64,000 nucleotides of DNA, from sequence record OR980947; one strand, 5' to 3'. The position numbers were made by a program, and so were the translations under genes. A model generated the notes under the pieces. That model was not told the origin of the DNA. It searched no databases and was given only the letters and a program-made list of their open reading frames with translations. Each line of letters starts with the position of its first letter. Positions within the stretch are counted from its first letter, which is position 1. The stretch comes from Shigella phage Tf. Shown here piece by piece: positions 26,918 through 35,735 of the stretch.

Positions 26918-27340
26918 ATGCAGAAAATGTTTGTTCACCCAGACATAGCTGACTTTGTTAGAGCTTTGCAGAAGTTGGAAGAACTTGACATTGCTGCTCA
27001 ACGGGAATATGCTCACCATCACAGGAGAATGGTTGATATACAACATGAAATAGAGTTGTCTGAAAACTATGAAGATGACTTAAAATGCTCTGTATTTGAG
27101 CATATGAAAGATGTTGCTACAGCTAGACGTAAAGCCAAAGACACAGTTGCTTTACTAGATTCTCTTAAAAAGAGGTTGCAAAGTGGTACAGACCTGTGTA
27201 ATCTAGCGTCACTGATTAACGATGTTGAAACTTCTTGGGATAGACATTACTATCCACGTTCTGAAAAGACACTTGACTTTTCTTCATCCGAAAACTTAAA
27301 ATGTTCTAGAAAGAAACTTAACCAACTGAGAGAGAAATAA
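26918..27340 (+). CDS. hypothetical early protein
   Basis: RBS aaagagg upstream of ATG; 140 aa. Confidence 0.35.
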   Translation: MQKMFVHPDIADFVRALQKLEELDIAAQREYAHHHRRMVDIQHEIELSENYEDDLKCSVFEHMKDVATARRKAKDTVALLDSLKKRLQSGTDLCNLASLINDVETSWDRHYYPRSEKTLDFSSSENLKCSRKKLNQLREK

Positions 27341-27341
27341 T

Positions 27342-28142
27342 ATGAATATCGATGTAGAAAAGATGCTTGAAGAAAAAGGTGTTGATGAAGCATTCTTAAT
27401 CAATGCTGTAGAAAGCATGGCTATGATTCTTCGTGGTAACAACTACACAGAGCAGTTTATGCCTGCAAGCTATAACTTGCCTGAAGACAAGTCTGATAAC
27501 GGTGCTTTTGCAGAACAGGTCAACATGATGCTGTGTGACAAAAAACTTGCTTTAGCATCTATCGTTGTAGGTGTTGATGCTCTTGCAGAGTTCATTTTTT
27601 ATGAGATGCAGAAAAATGACTATATTGCCATGACCTCTGAAGAAAAAGACTCGCTACTACTCGCAGGTAATGATGAGCTAATTGACCTGTTAATTTCATC
27701 AACGAGTGCTGTTATGGCTGTTCTTGAGAAGCGCATGGAAGAGAAACTTTCACGATATGAAAAACTTGATTGGGGTGTAGAAGAACTAAACCCACGAATC
27801 AAGGAGATTATCCAGCAAACTAAAGAGTCTTTGGAAGAAGCTGTTGAAAATGACTCTGTAGCTGACATCGAACCACTTCAGGTGAAAGTTGCACTGATGA
27901 TTCCAGCTATCTCTACGATGATGAATATCGTTGCACTAATCCAACTGTCACAGATGATGGATGTGAGTATTGAGTTCATTGAAGAGATGACTGGTGGTGT
28001 CAGTATGCAAGCAATCAATGATGTTTTGGTGAACATTGGTGCTTCAATCATTGAAGAGAAACTACGCATTAACTTCGGTGATGATTTTGTGAAGCAAATC
28101 TCAGCTATGGCTGAAAAAGAGTATGCTGACCAACTGCACTAA
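27342..28142 (+). CDS. acidic hypothetical protein
   Basis: 266 aa, D/E-rich; start coupled to previous stop. Confidence 0.35.
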   Translation: MNIDVEKMLEEKGVDEAFLINAVESMAMILRGNNYTEQFMPASYNLPEDKSDNGAFAEQVNMMLCDKKLALASIVVGVDALAEFIFYEMQKNDYIAMTSEEKDSLLLAGNDELIDLLISSTSAVMAVLEKRMEEKLSRYEKLDWGVEELNPRIKEIIQQTKESLEEAVENDSVADIEPLQVKVALMIPAISTMMNIVALIQLSQMMDVSIEFIEEMTGGVSMQAINDVLVNIGASIIEEKLRINFGDDFVKQISAMAEKEYADQLH

Positions 28143-28203
28143 GTCTTTATAAATCTTACAAGCCTCCTTAGTTGGGGGCTTTTTAGCAATTAATGGAGAT
28201 AAA

Positions 28204-28947
28204 ATGAGTAGTATTATTGCATTTACTGGAAAGGCACGTTCTGGAAAAGACACCTCGTGTTCTATTGTGAAGAACATCTTAGAGGATGAGTATGGCTACA
28301 ATGTTGCTGTAATGGCCTTTGCAGACAACCTTAAGCTATCTGCATCAAAGATATTTGACCTGACTTGGAATGACCTGTATGGTGAAACTAAAGAGACTCC
28401 ACAGGTTTTTGACTTATCATATCCTGAACTGATGTTCAAAGTTACAGAAGCTATGGAGTTCACCTTCAAAGGTGAGCGTTACCATATGGATTTTAAGCTT
28501 ATGTCAGAACTAACCGGACGATTAATTATGGAATTGAAGAAGGTTGCTAAACCGACTCTATTGACACGTCTGGGATTTAGCAATAAGTATAAATTCTCAT
28601 CAAGACAAATTCAACAGATTTGGGGTACTGAAGTCATCCGTAAAGTTATGGGTGACAAATTCTGGGCTAAAGACCTTGAAAAACGAATGGCTCGCTTCTT
28701 TGAATCTTGTTCACTTATGAATCAAGAAGGTGTTGTTTTAATCAGTGATTTAAGATTTGATTCTGAAGCTGAGTGGCTGAGTAGATTTGCACACCAAACC
28801 ATTGAAGTAAAAAGAGACAATGTGGACAAAGTTTCGTCACATGTTTCAGAAAATGGGATTTCTACAAAATATGAGCGTGACATTATCCATAATAATGGTA
28901 CTCTTGCAGACCTTGAAAGTAAGCTAAGAGCTATCCTGAAGATTTAA
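28204..28947 (+). CDS. deoxynucleoside monophosphate kinase (T4 gp1-like)
   Basis: P-loop AFTGKARSGKDT matching T4 dNMP kinase GVKRSGKDT. Confidence 0.65.
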   Translation: MSSIIAFTGKARSGKDTSCSIVKNILEDEYGYNVAVMAFADNLKLSASKIFDLTWNDLYGETKETPQVFDLSYPELMFKVTEAMEFTFKGERYHMDFKLMSELTGRLIMELKKVAKPTLLTRLGFSNKYKFSSRQIQQIWGTEVIRKVMGDKFWAKDLEKRMARFFESCSLMNQEGVVLISDLRFDSEAEWLSRFAHQTIEVKRDNVDKVSSHVSENGISTKYERDIIHNNGTLADLESKLRAILKI

Positions 28948-28955
28948 AAGAGAGA

Positions 28956-29156
28956 ATGAAGATGAGAGTAAAAGACAATTTTAAAGTTATTGACCACCGT
29001 TTAGTGGAACTCTCATCTCTTTCCAATGAGGTAATGATTGAACGTCTTAAGAGAGTTGAATCACGAAGGAAAGAGATTGCAGATGAAATTCATGAACTGG
29101 ACAAGATTGAAAATGGATTGAAGGCAGAACTACAACGAAGAGGTGCTAATGTCTAA
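28956..29156 (+). CDS. small coiled-coil protein
   Basis: 66 aa ORF upstream of primase-helicase. Confidence 0.3.
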   Translation: MKMRVKDNFKVIDHRLVELSSLSNEVMIERLKRVESRRKEIADEIHELDKIENGLKAELQRRGANV

Positions 29157-31134
29157 AGGTCGTAAATTGAAAGAGGCTGGTCAGTTTATTGGTCATTGTG
29201 CATGTCCACGTTGTGGTTCATCAGATGCTGGTTCAATCTATCATCATGACGATGATTCTTATTCGATGACTTGCTTTAGCTGTAACAAAGGTTTCCCAGA
29301 GTGGGATTTTGATAAAGGACAAATCGTGAGCACTTATTCTACTGGTTCAGATAACAAAAACCGTACTTTCCGTGGAATGGATTTAGACGATGTAAAAGAA
29401 AACCTTGAAGCAATGGACTTAAAAGACAGGAAAATCCCTGCAAAAGTCCTTGAACGCTTAGGTATCAAGGTTGACATTGACAGTGATGGTGAAATTGACG
29501 CACATTTCTATCCAACTTACAAACGTAATGAAGATGGCAAGCTAGAACATGTTGGCTACCGTGTTCGTCACCGTTACCCAGAAGACCATCCAAAAGAGCA
29601 CCTACGTGGTAAGTTAAAGGACTTTTCTGGTGGTGTTGGAGACATTAAAGGTGAACTGGCAATGTTCGGTTCATGGATTGCTCCAGAAGGTGGTAACCGT
29701 CTATTCATCTGGGAAGGTGAGATGGAATGTGCGACAGCAATCTACATGACTTCTCTGGCAATTAAGGACAAATCTCGTCGTAAGAATTACTGTCACGTAT
29801 CTGTTCCATCAGGTGCAAACATCAAGTCTATCAAAGATAACTATCAGTACATTACATCATTTGATGAGATTTACTTGTGCTTTGATAACGATGAAGCAGG
29901 TGCTAAAGCCACTAAAGAGGCTGCTGGCATTCTCCCTATCGAGAAGGTTCGTTTATTCCAGTATCCAGAGGGTGTGAAAGACCTTAACGAGTGGTGGACA
30001 AAGTTCTATAAAGAGAAAGACACAGTTCTGGAAGGATTTAAGCAGCGTATCTACAACGCACCTCGTTACTGTCCTGCTGGTATCAAGAACTTTGCAGATG
30101 GTTTTGAGGCAATGAAGAATCGTGGTCAGATTCCATTGATTCCTTTCCCAGAATCTTTCGGGGATTTGAACAGACTGACTTATGGTGGTTACGGTTTAGG
30201 TGAGATTACAACTCTGGCAGCACCATCTTCAGTGGGTAAATCTGCATACACTCGTGAAATGATTTACACTGCTTGGAAAGATACCGATTACAATATTGGT
30301 GTAATTCCAGTTGAAGATACCTATGAAGAGTTGATGGAGATGCTCTGTGCAATTCACCTGAGCAAGCAGATTTCTGAGATTCCTTATGACGAACGTGATT
30401 GGGATGAATTGAAGGAAGCACATGCAGAACTGTCTAAAGGTCGTCGTATCCATATCGTTGACCATCAAGGGGCAATTGACCAAGATAACCTGCTGGAATT
30501 TGTTGACTATCTTGTTAACAGTTTAGACTGTAAGATTATCATTCTTGACCCTATCACGTTAGCTCTGTCACGTTCTGATACGGATGAAGAAGAAGTTTTG
30601 TCTGAGCTATTGCGTCGTTGCAAACGCTACCAGTATGCGCAGGTAAACGTATGTCACGTTCGTAAGAGTGCAGGTGGCCAGAAAGCTAACTCTGAAGGTG
30701 GGGATATCTCTGAAGAGGATATCAAGGGTTCTGGTGCGTATTTCCAGATTTCCATGAATAATATTTTGTTAATGCGTAACAAGGTTGACCCAGACCCTGT
30801 TAAGAAAAACTTGACAAAAATCAAGTTAACTAAATGTCGTCGTCACGGTAAGTCAACGGGTATTGCTGGTCATACTTGGTACAATCCAGATACAGGACGT
30901 CTTATCAAAGCTTCTGGATGTGGTGTTGATATTGATGGTGCAGCAGAAAATATCCGTCAACAGTTTGGTATTGGTGAAGCTGAAGACCATTACGATGACT
31001 CTTTGCCACATTATGAGGATGAAGTGTTTGACCGTGAGACTGGTGAAGTCTATACTGAAGAGCAGCGTCAAAGCTCAACGATTCCACCTGTATTAAGTGA
31101 GGATGCAGATGACTGCCCGTTCGAAACTGAGTGA
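29149..31134 (+). CDS. DNA primase-helicase (T7 gp4-like)
   Basis: N-terminal zinc ribbon CPRCGSSD...CFSCN, central primase region, C-terminal helicase Walker A AAPSSVGKSAY and Walker B IIILDP; ATG at 29149 (tracked ORF starts 29143). Confidence 0.8.
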   Translation: MSKGRKLKEAGQFIGHCACPRCGSSDAGSIYHHDDDSYSMTCFSCNKGFPEWDFDKGQIVSTYSTGSDNKNRTFRGMDLDDVKENLEAMDLKDRKIPAKVLERLGIKVDIDSDGEIDAHFYPTYKRNEDGKLEHVGYRVRHRYPEDHPKEHLRGKLKDFSGGVGDIKGELAMFGSWIAPEGGNRLFIWEGEMECATAIYMTSLAIKDKSRRKNYCHVSVPSGANIKSIKDNYQYITSFDEIYLCFDNDEAGAKATKEAAGILPIEKVRLFQYPEGVKDLNEWWTKFYKEKDTVLEGFKQRIYNAPRYCPAGIKNFADGFEAMKNRGQIPLIPFPESFGDLNRLTYGGYGLGEITTLAAPSSVGKSAYTREMIYTAWKDTDYNIGVIPVEDTYEELMEMLCAIHLSKQISEIPYDERDWDELKEAHAELSKGRRIHIVDHQGAIDQDNLLEFVDYLVNSLDCKIIILDPITLALSRSDTDEEEVLSELLRRCKRYQYAQVNVCHVRKSAGGQKANSEGGDISEEDIKGSGAYFQISMNNILLMRNKVDPDPVKKNLTKIKLTKCRRHGKSTGIAGHTWYNPDTGRLIKASGCGVDIDGAAENIRQQFGIGEAEDHYDDSLPHYEDEVFDRETGEVYTEEQRQSSTIPPVLSEDADDCPFETE

Positions 31135-31204
31135 TAGCTATAAAAGGGAGGGGTTCACACCCTTCTTTGAAGAAAAAAGTTTAAATAAATTTCAGGAAGA
31201 GTGT

Positions 31205-31233
31205 TTGACAAAGGTTGATAGGTTCTATAGAAT
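31205..31233 (+). promoter_or_regulatory. sigma70-like promoter (ttgaca-N17-tagaat)
   Basis: gtgtttgaca, 17-nt spacer, tagaat; sits inside a probably spurious tracked ORF. Confidence 0.55.
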
Positions 31234-31386
31234 GCTCTACATGAAATGTGATGGATGCGTTGAGGCAGAAGAAAAGTTCCATCACAGCATAATCACAGTC
31301 ACCATTACTATACCTAAACATAATATTGGTTGGCTCTTTATAATTAAAGAAAATGTGTTTGAATATCAAGTATATCGGAGAATATC

Positions 31387-31536
31387 ATGAAACACTCTAA
31401 AGCATTTGAAAAAGTTTTTGGGGATTCCTTAAAAGCCACTGCTGGTAAACCAGCAAAATACTATGAAGAAAAACGTGTAAGAACTGGAAAAACTGCACGT
31501 AAAGCAGCTTCTAAAGATAAGCACAACTTCCAGTAA
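31387..31536 (+). CDS. small basic protein (49 aa, not in ORF track)
   Basis: ATG preceded by ggaga RBS; MKHSKAFEKVFGDSLKATAGKPAKYYEEKRVRTGKTARKAASKDKHNFQ; flanked by two consensus promoters. Confidence 0.4.
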   Translation: MKHSKAFEKVFGDSLKATAGKPAKYYEEKRVRTGKTARKAASKDKHNFQ

Positions 31537-31543
31537 TTAGTGT

Positions 31544-31572
31544 TTGACAATAGAGTATCAACAAACTAGAAT
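31544..31572 (+). promoter_or_regulatory. sigma70-like promoter (ttgaca-N17-tagaat)
   Basis: gtgtttgaca, 17-nt spacer, tagaat upstream of the SSB-like gene. Confidence 0.55.
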
Positions 31573-31608
31573 TGGTACTCTTCATAAATTGAGATAGAGG
31601 TTTAAATA

Positions 31609-32466
31609 ATGTCTAAAGTTGTTAAAATGAAAGCTCCGGTAGAGAAGTACAACGGTACTGAACGTCAAACTCTGCGTTACCTGCTGAAAGATGTCTGGTT
31701 TTATTACCTGAATACTTCACCACGTCCGGGAAAAGGTAAGTCTATTGATAAGAAATTCCCAGGAAAAGATTGTAACTACAGCGTATCAATTCTGGCAGAA
31801 GACGGTAACAAGCTCTTTAAAGAGTTTACTAAGTCTAAGAAAAATCCAGAAGGCTGGGATAAAGTCACTACTGAAGCAGTTGATGCAGACGACTTTGAAG
31901 AGAAGTTTGGTTGTAAACCACCTTTTGAAGCAGACACTTACTACATCTTGAAAGTAAGTCGTGCAGCAGCTTATAAAGATGGTGCTGTGTGGACAGCTAA
32001 ACAGTCATTCCCTGTAATGCTGATTGAAGAAGTAAATGGTAAGCGTGTAGCTGTTAAGCAGCCGATGAAGAAAATCAAAGCTCAAGCATCTGACAAACAT
32101 GAAGATGATAAGAACTATGATGTAATTCATCCAGATATTGCAGTTGGTAACGGTTCTTTTGGTAGTGTGATTCTTTCTACTCACTTCTACACTTTTGAGA
32201 ACAATGTCTTGACAAAGCCTATTCAGGAACAGTTTATCATTGATACTCTTGTACCTTACACTGGTGGTAACGGTGCTAACGGTGAACCTGAACTGGATGA
32301 AGATGAACTGGCTATGCTTGGTCTTGATGGTGTTGAAGATAACGGTGAAATCACTGAAGAAGATGCAAAAGACCACAAACCTTCGAATGATTCTGATGAT
32401 GGTGACGATGAAGACTTGCCAGACCCAGATGACGAAGGAGATGAAGGCTTCGATACAGAAGACTAA
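31609..32466 (+). CDS. putative single-stranded DNA-binding protein with acidic C-terminal tail
   Basis: Very acidic C-terminus DDGDDEDLPDPDDEGDEGFDTED; position between primase-helicase and exonuclease as in T7-like replication modules. Confidence 0.45.
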   Translation: MSKVVKMKAPVEKYNGTERQTLRYLLKDVWFYYLNTSPRPGKGKSIDKKFPGKDCNYSVSILAEDGNKLFKEFTKSKKNPEGWDKVTTEAVDADDFEEKFGCKPPFEADTYYILKVSRAAAYKDGAVWTAKQSFPVMLIEEVNGKRVAVKQPMKKIKAQASDKHEDDKNYDVIHPDIAVGNGSFGSVILSTHFYTFENNVLTKPIQEQFIIDTLVPYTGGNGANGEPELDEDELAMLGLDGVEDNGEITEEDAKDHKPSNDSDDGDDEDLPDPDDEGDEGFDTED

Positions 32467-32483
32467 TCTCTAAAAGTTACTTT

Positions 32484-32513
32484 AAAGCCCTGTACTTAGT
32501 ATGGGGCTTTTTC
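32484..32513 (+). terminator. rho-independent terminator
   Basis: Hairpin agccctgtact...atggggct followed by ttttt. Confidence 0.5.
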
Positions 32514-32528
32514 ATATGGAGAGTCACA

Positions 32529-33569
32529 ATGGAGAAGTATACGTTAACAAAACTTCCCGATTCAGTTACACATGTCTTTATTGACTCTGACAGTATTGCC
32601 TATAAAGGTGCTTGTGTAGTTGAGAAAGCAAAATATAAATACGTCAATAAACTCACAGCAGAAGAATCTGAATCATTTGATAATGCGAAAGATGCTGCAA
32701 GATGGTTAGCAGACCAGAGAATCCTTGTGGAAGAACTTGGCCTGACATTTGATGAAGATGAATGGGAAAGACAGACTTGGAAAGAAGCTAAGAGTGAAAA
32801 AGAAGCTATCATGGCTACTCAACAGGTGCTTCAGGAATGGCTTAAGGTTGTTGGTAAAGAGAGAACTTGGGTAGGTTATTTAACAGAGAAAGGTGTGCAT
32901 AAACATAAAGACATTAAAGGTCTTGAGCACCAATATCAAGGGAACCGTAAAGATGCTGTCACACCAACACACTTAGTCGCTTGTCGTGAATACCTTCTGT
33001 CAAGACCAGAGTTCAAGCTCTTAAGGGGCGGCTTCGAAGCCGATTCAATCGTAATTGCTAAAGCTGAAAAGATGGGTAAGAAAGCTGCTCTGATGAGTAT
33101 TGACAAAGACCTTCGACAAGCTGAAGGAACTTATTGCATTGATATGACTTATGAAAAGTCACCACTAATTTTTATCGCTGATAATAATGTTGGTGATATC
33201 TGGGATTGCCCTATCAAGTCAAAACCAAAAGCTGCAAAAACAGTTGGTGTAGGTTTTAAATTCTTGTGCTATCAGGCTGTTGCTGGAGATAATGCAGACA
33301 ACTACTTCGGCCTTAAAGGTGCTGGAAAAGTAGCTGTGATGAATGCTTTAGATGGTAAAGAGACCTATAAAGAGTGTCTTGACGCTATCTATGAACTCTA
33401 TGCTAAAAAAGACTCTTACACCTATGTATCATGGGATGGACAGACTGTTACAAAGACACCGTTAGAGCTAATGGAACAGCATTTCTTCCTAGCTTATCAA
33501 GAAAGAAATCCAAAAGATAATTTCTCTTTTAAGAAATATAATTGGGAGCCGTGTATGAATGAAGATTAA
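32529..33569 (+). CDS. 5'-3' exonuclease / flap endonuclease (T7 gp6-like)
   Basis: SIDKDLRQ and YQAVAGDNADNYFGLKGAG align to T7 gp6 ISCDKDFK and FQTIKGDITDGYSGIAGWG. Confidence 0.6.
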   Translation: MEKYTLTKLPDSVTHVFIDSDSIAYKGACVVEKAKYKYVNKLTAEESESFDNAKDAARWLADQRILVEELGLTFDEDEWERQTWKEAKSEKEAIMATQQVLQEWLKVVGKERTWVGYLTEKGVHKHKDIKGLEHQYQGNRKDAVTPTHLVACREYLLSRPEFKLLRGGFEADSIVIAKAEKMGKKAALMSIDKDLRQAEGTYCIDMTYEKSPLIFIADNNVGDIWDCPIKSKPKAAKTVGVGFKFLCYQAVAGDNADNYFGLKGAGKVAVMNALDGKETYKECLDAIYELYAKKDSYTYVSWDGQTVTKTPLELMEQHFFLAYQERNPKDNFSFKKYNWEPCMNED

Positions 33570-34056
33570 AGGATTTGGCAATTGTCCCACCTATGGTCAT
33601 TGGGTATCTTTATGTGGGGAAGTTGACCCCACTAAACATTTTGGCTTTGTCTATTTAGTGCACTGTAAGAAAACTGGGCAATACTATATAGGAAGGAAAC
33701 AGTTTAACAGTGTTACCAAAAGAAAAGTTGCTGGGAAGACTCGGAAGAAGGTAGTCACTAAGGAAAGTGATTGGATGACTTACGAGACTTCTTCTGAGTA
33801 TATTAAAAAAGATATTGAGAGCTTTGGAAAAGAATTTTTTGACTTTTACATTATCCAAACCTACTACACAAAAGGTGGCCTAGTTTATGGTGAAGCAAAC
33901 CTTCAACATAAGTTCGATGTAATGACAAAAAGGATTGACTCGAAGCTCAGACTCTTCTACAATGCCAATATTGCAGCAATTAAGTTTATCACTAAAGAAA
34001 CTTATGAAGATGCTGAAAAAAGAATCCATAAGGTAATGAAAGCAAATTGTGCTTGA
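33559..34056 (+). CDS. GIY-YIG homing endonuclease (free-standing)
   Basis: GIY-YIG motif FVYLVHCKKTGQYYIGRK near the N-terminus; overlaps 3' end of exonuclease gene. Confidence 0.6.
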   Translation: MKIKGFGNCPTYGHWVSLCGEVDPTKHFGFVYLVHCKKTGQYYIGRKQFNSVTKRKVAGKTRKKVVTKESDWMTYETSSEYIKKDIESFGKEFFDFYIIQTYYTKGGLVYGEANLQHKFDVMTKRIDSKLRLFYNANIAAIKFITKETYEDAEKRIHKVMKANCA

Positions 34057-34062
34057 TAACTA

Positions 34063-34326
34063 TTGAGAGAGAATAAAATGTTTAACAAAAGCAAAGCTGT
34101 GAGTCATGTAGCAAAAGTTGACAGCAAGATTGAAGAACTTGAGCGCATCCTTGCAAATGCTAGAGAGTCAATAATCAAAGAAGTTGAAGCTGTTGAATCT
34201 CAAATGCAGCACCTAATGCTTAAACGTCAAGAGCTACGTGAGCATCTGGAATATATTGAAACACGAGAGCTAAAAGTTAACAGATATTTTAAGGAGTCCG
34301 AATGTTTAACTCAAGAGAATCAGTAA
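34063..34326 (+). CDS. small coiled-coil protein
   Basis: 87 aa ORF. Confidence 0.3.
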   Translation: MRENKMFNKSKAVSHVAKVDSKIEELERILANARESIIKEVEAVESQMQHLMLKRQELREHLEYIETRELKVNRYFKESECLTQENQ

Positions 34327-35057
34327 AAAACTGGAATCTTCGTTGCGGAAACACCCAAAAGCAACCTTACAGTGATGAGTATTGGGAATCTTTGAAATCC
34401 CAGTCTCTGTGTATGCTTGAAGAAGCAAAAGAGCTTGTAAAAGCAATTGAAGAGAAAGACCCCATTGAGACACTGGATGCTCAGGCAGATTTGCAATATG
34501 TTCTTGACGGTTTGATTTACCTGTCACAACATGACCATAACGGTGCTATGAAAGCTGTTTGCCATAATAATGACCTGAAGTATACAGACGACTATGAAGA
34601 AGCTTTAAAACGTCTTGCAGATATTGAGAAGCGTACTGGTCAAGAGTGTATCATCAGAATGTCAGTAGTTGATGGTAAAGAGTGGTATGCAATTGTTCGT
34701 GCAGCCGATGGGAAGATTATGAAGCAATCAAATCTCCCTAAAGTACAGCTTGGTGAATACATTGTAGAGCTTGAAAGCCAAGAACTTTTTGTGGTAGTAT
34801 CTGAGACATGCGTTATCTGCAAAGGTATTGTATGTAGCTTAAAGGATTTGGGTGTAGATGGTTTTGTAGAAGTTAATCCAATTACCTCTAAAGCAGATAA
34901 AGATTTCTGTAAAGAGAATGGACTATGGATTGCAGATATTGTCTACTATGATGGTGAGCAGTTCCATGTAACCTCATACCCAAAACTGAATTATGATGCT
35001 AATAACCTGAAGTGCTGGTTAAAAGGGGTTGGTTATAATGGATTCACAGAACATTAA
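34302..35057 (+). CDS. MazG-like nucleotide pyrophosphohydrolase domain protein (tentative)
   Basis: EExxE-type helix LEEAKELVKAIEEKDPIETLDAQADLQYVLDGLIY typical of all-alpha NTP pyrophosphatases. Confidence 0.35.
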   Translation: MFNSRESVKNWNLRCGNTQKQPYSDEYWESLKSQSLCMLEEAKELVKAIEEKDPIETLDAQADLQYVLDGLIYLSQHDHNGAMKAVCHNNDLKYTDDYEEALKRLADIEKRTGQECIIRMSVVDGKEWYAIVRAADGKIMKQSNLPKVQLGEYIVELESQELFVVVSETCVICKGIVCSLKDLGVDGFVEVNPITSKADKDFCKENGLWIADIVYYDGEQFHVTSYPKLNYDANNLKCWLKGVGYNGFTEH

Positions 35058-35361
35058 TAAAGAGGGTGTGGCTCAGAAGAGCCACTTCTCAAACTACAAT
35101 ATTTCTATGACGGTGTTTATGAATGACCCGTTACTTGAAAAATATGGTGAGACTCCAGATACACTTCTGGATAATGAACAAGTTTTAAAAGCAGTCCTGT
35201 ACAAATACGGGATTGATATTGAGAAAGAGTATTCCTTTGAAATCTGCCAACACAGGAATACTTTCGGTAAAGTTGTGATGGCTCCACTCTTTATGGGTGT
35301 AGAAAGGACTGACTATGGTTGGTTGTATCTAAAAAGAAACTTGGAGAAATACCGTGCCTAA
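35029..35361 (+). CDS. hypothetical protein
   Basis: 110 aa ORF. Confidence 0.3.
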   Translation: MVIMDSQNINKEGVAQKSHFSNYNISMTVFMNDPLLEKYGETPDTLLDNEQVLKAVLYKYGIDIEKEYSFEICQHRNTFGKVVMAPLFMGVERTDYGWLYLKRNLEKYRA

Positions 35362-35689
35362 AGCAAAAAAGCTATCTTATGATGACATTATCTCAGGTGC
35401 TAAGTTAGGTGTTGACAGTATCGGACAAGATTTCAAGCACGGGGACACAGTGATGTACTGTGATGACCGAAGAGGAAGAAGTGCAATCTTGTTTGGAAGA
35501 ATTGTTTGCAAAATGCGAGGTAATTACGTTGTTGCAGACATGGATGTGAATGCCACACAAAAACTTGAAACAATTATGGATGCTAGTACACCATCATGGT
35601 TCCTGAATTGTATGCACACTTCTTCAGTCACAAAGGTAAGTGATAAGTTTTACGATATGTGGCAGAATGAGCAAATTTTCAAGATTTAA
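35354..35689 (+). CDS. hypothetical protein
   Basis: 111 aa ORF followed by terminator. Confidence 0.3.
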   Translation: MPKAKKLSYDDIISGAKLGVDSIGQDFKHGDTVMYCDDRRGRSAILFGRIVCKMRGNYVVADMDVNATQKLETIMDASTPSWFLNCMHTSSVTKVSDKFYDMWQNEQIFKI

Positions 35690-35693
35690 ACTA

Positions 35694-35718
35694 GGGAGCC
35701 TCTTCGGAGGCTCTTTTC
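35694..35718 (+). terminator. rho-independent terminator (UUCG tetraloop)
   Basis: gagcctc ttcg gaggctc followed by ttttc. Confidence 0.6.
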
Positions 35719-35735
35719 ATCTGTAGGATTTAAAA

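Noticed and set aside
31097-31390. 97-aa ORF from the six-frame track
   Set aside because: It begins inside the primase-helicase gene, has no convincing RBS, and spans a consensus promoter; a shorter ORF with a good RBS (31387..31536) is more plausible.
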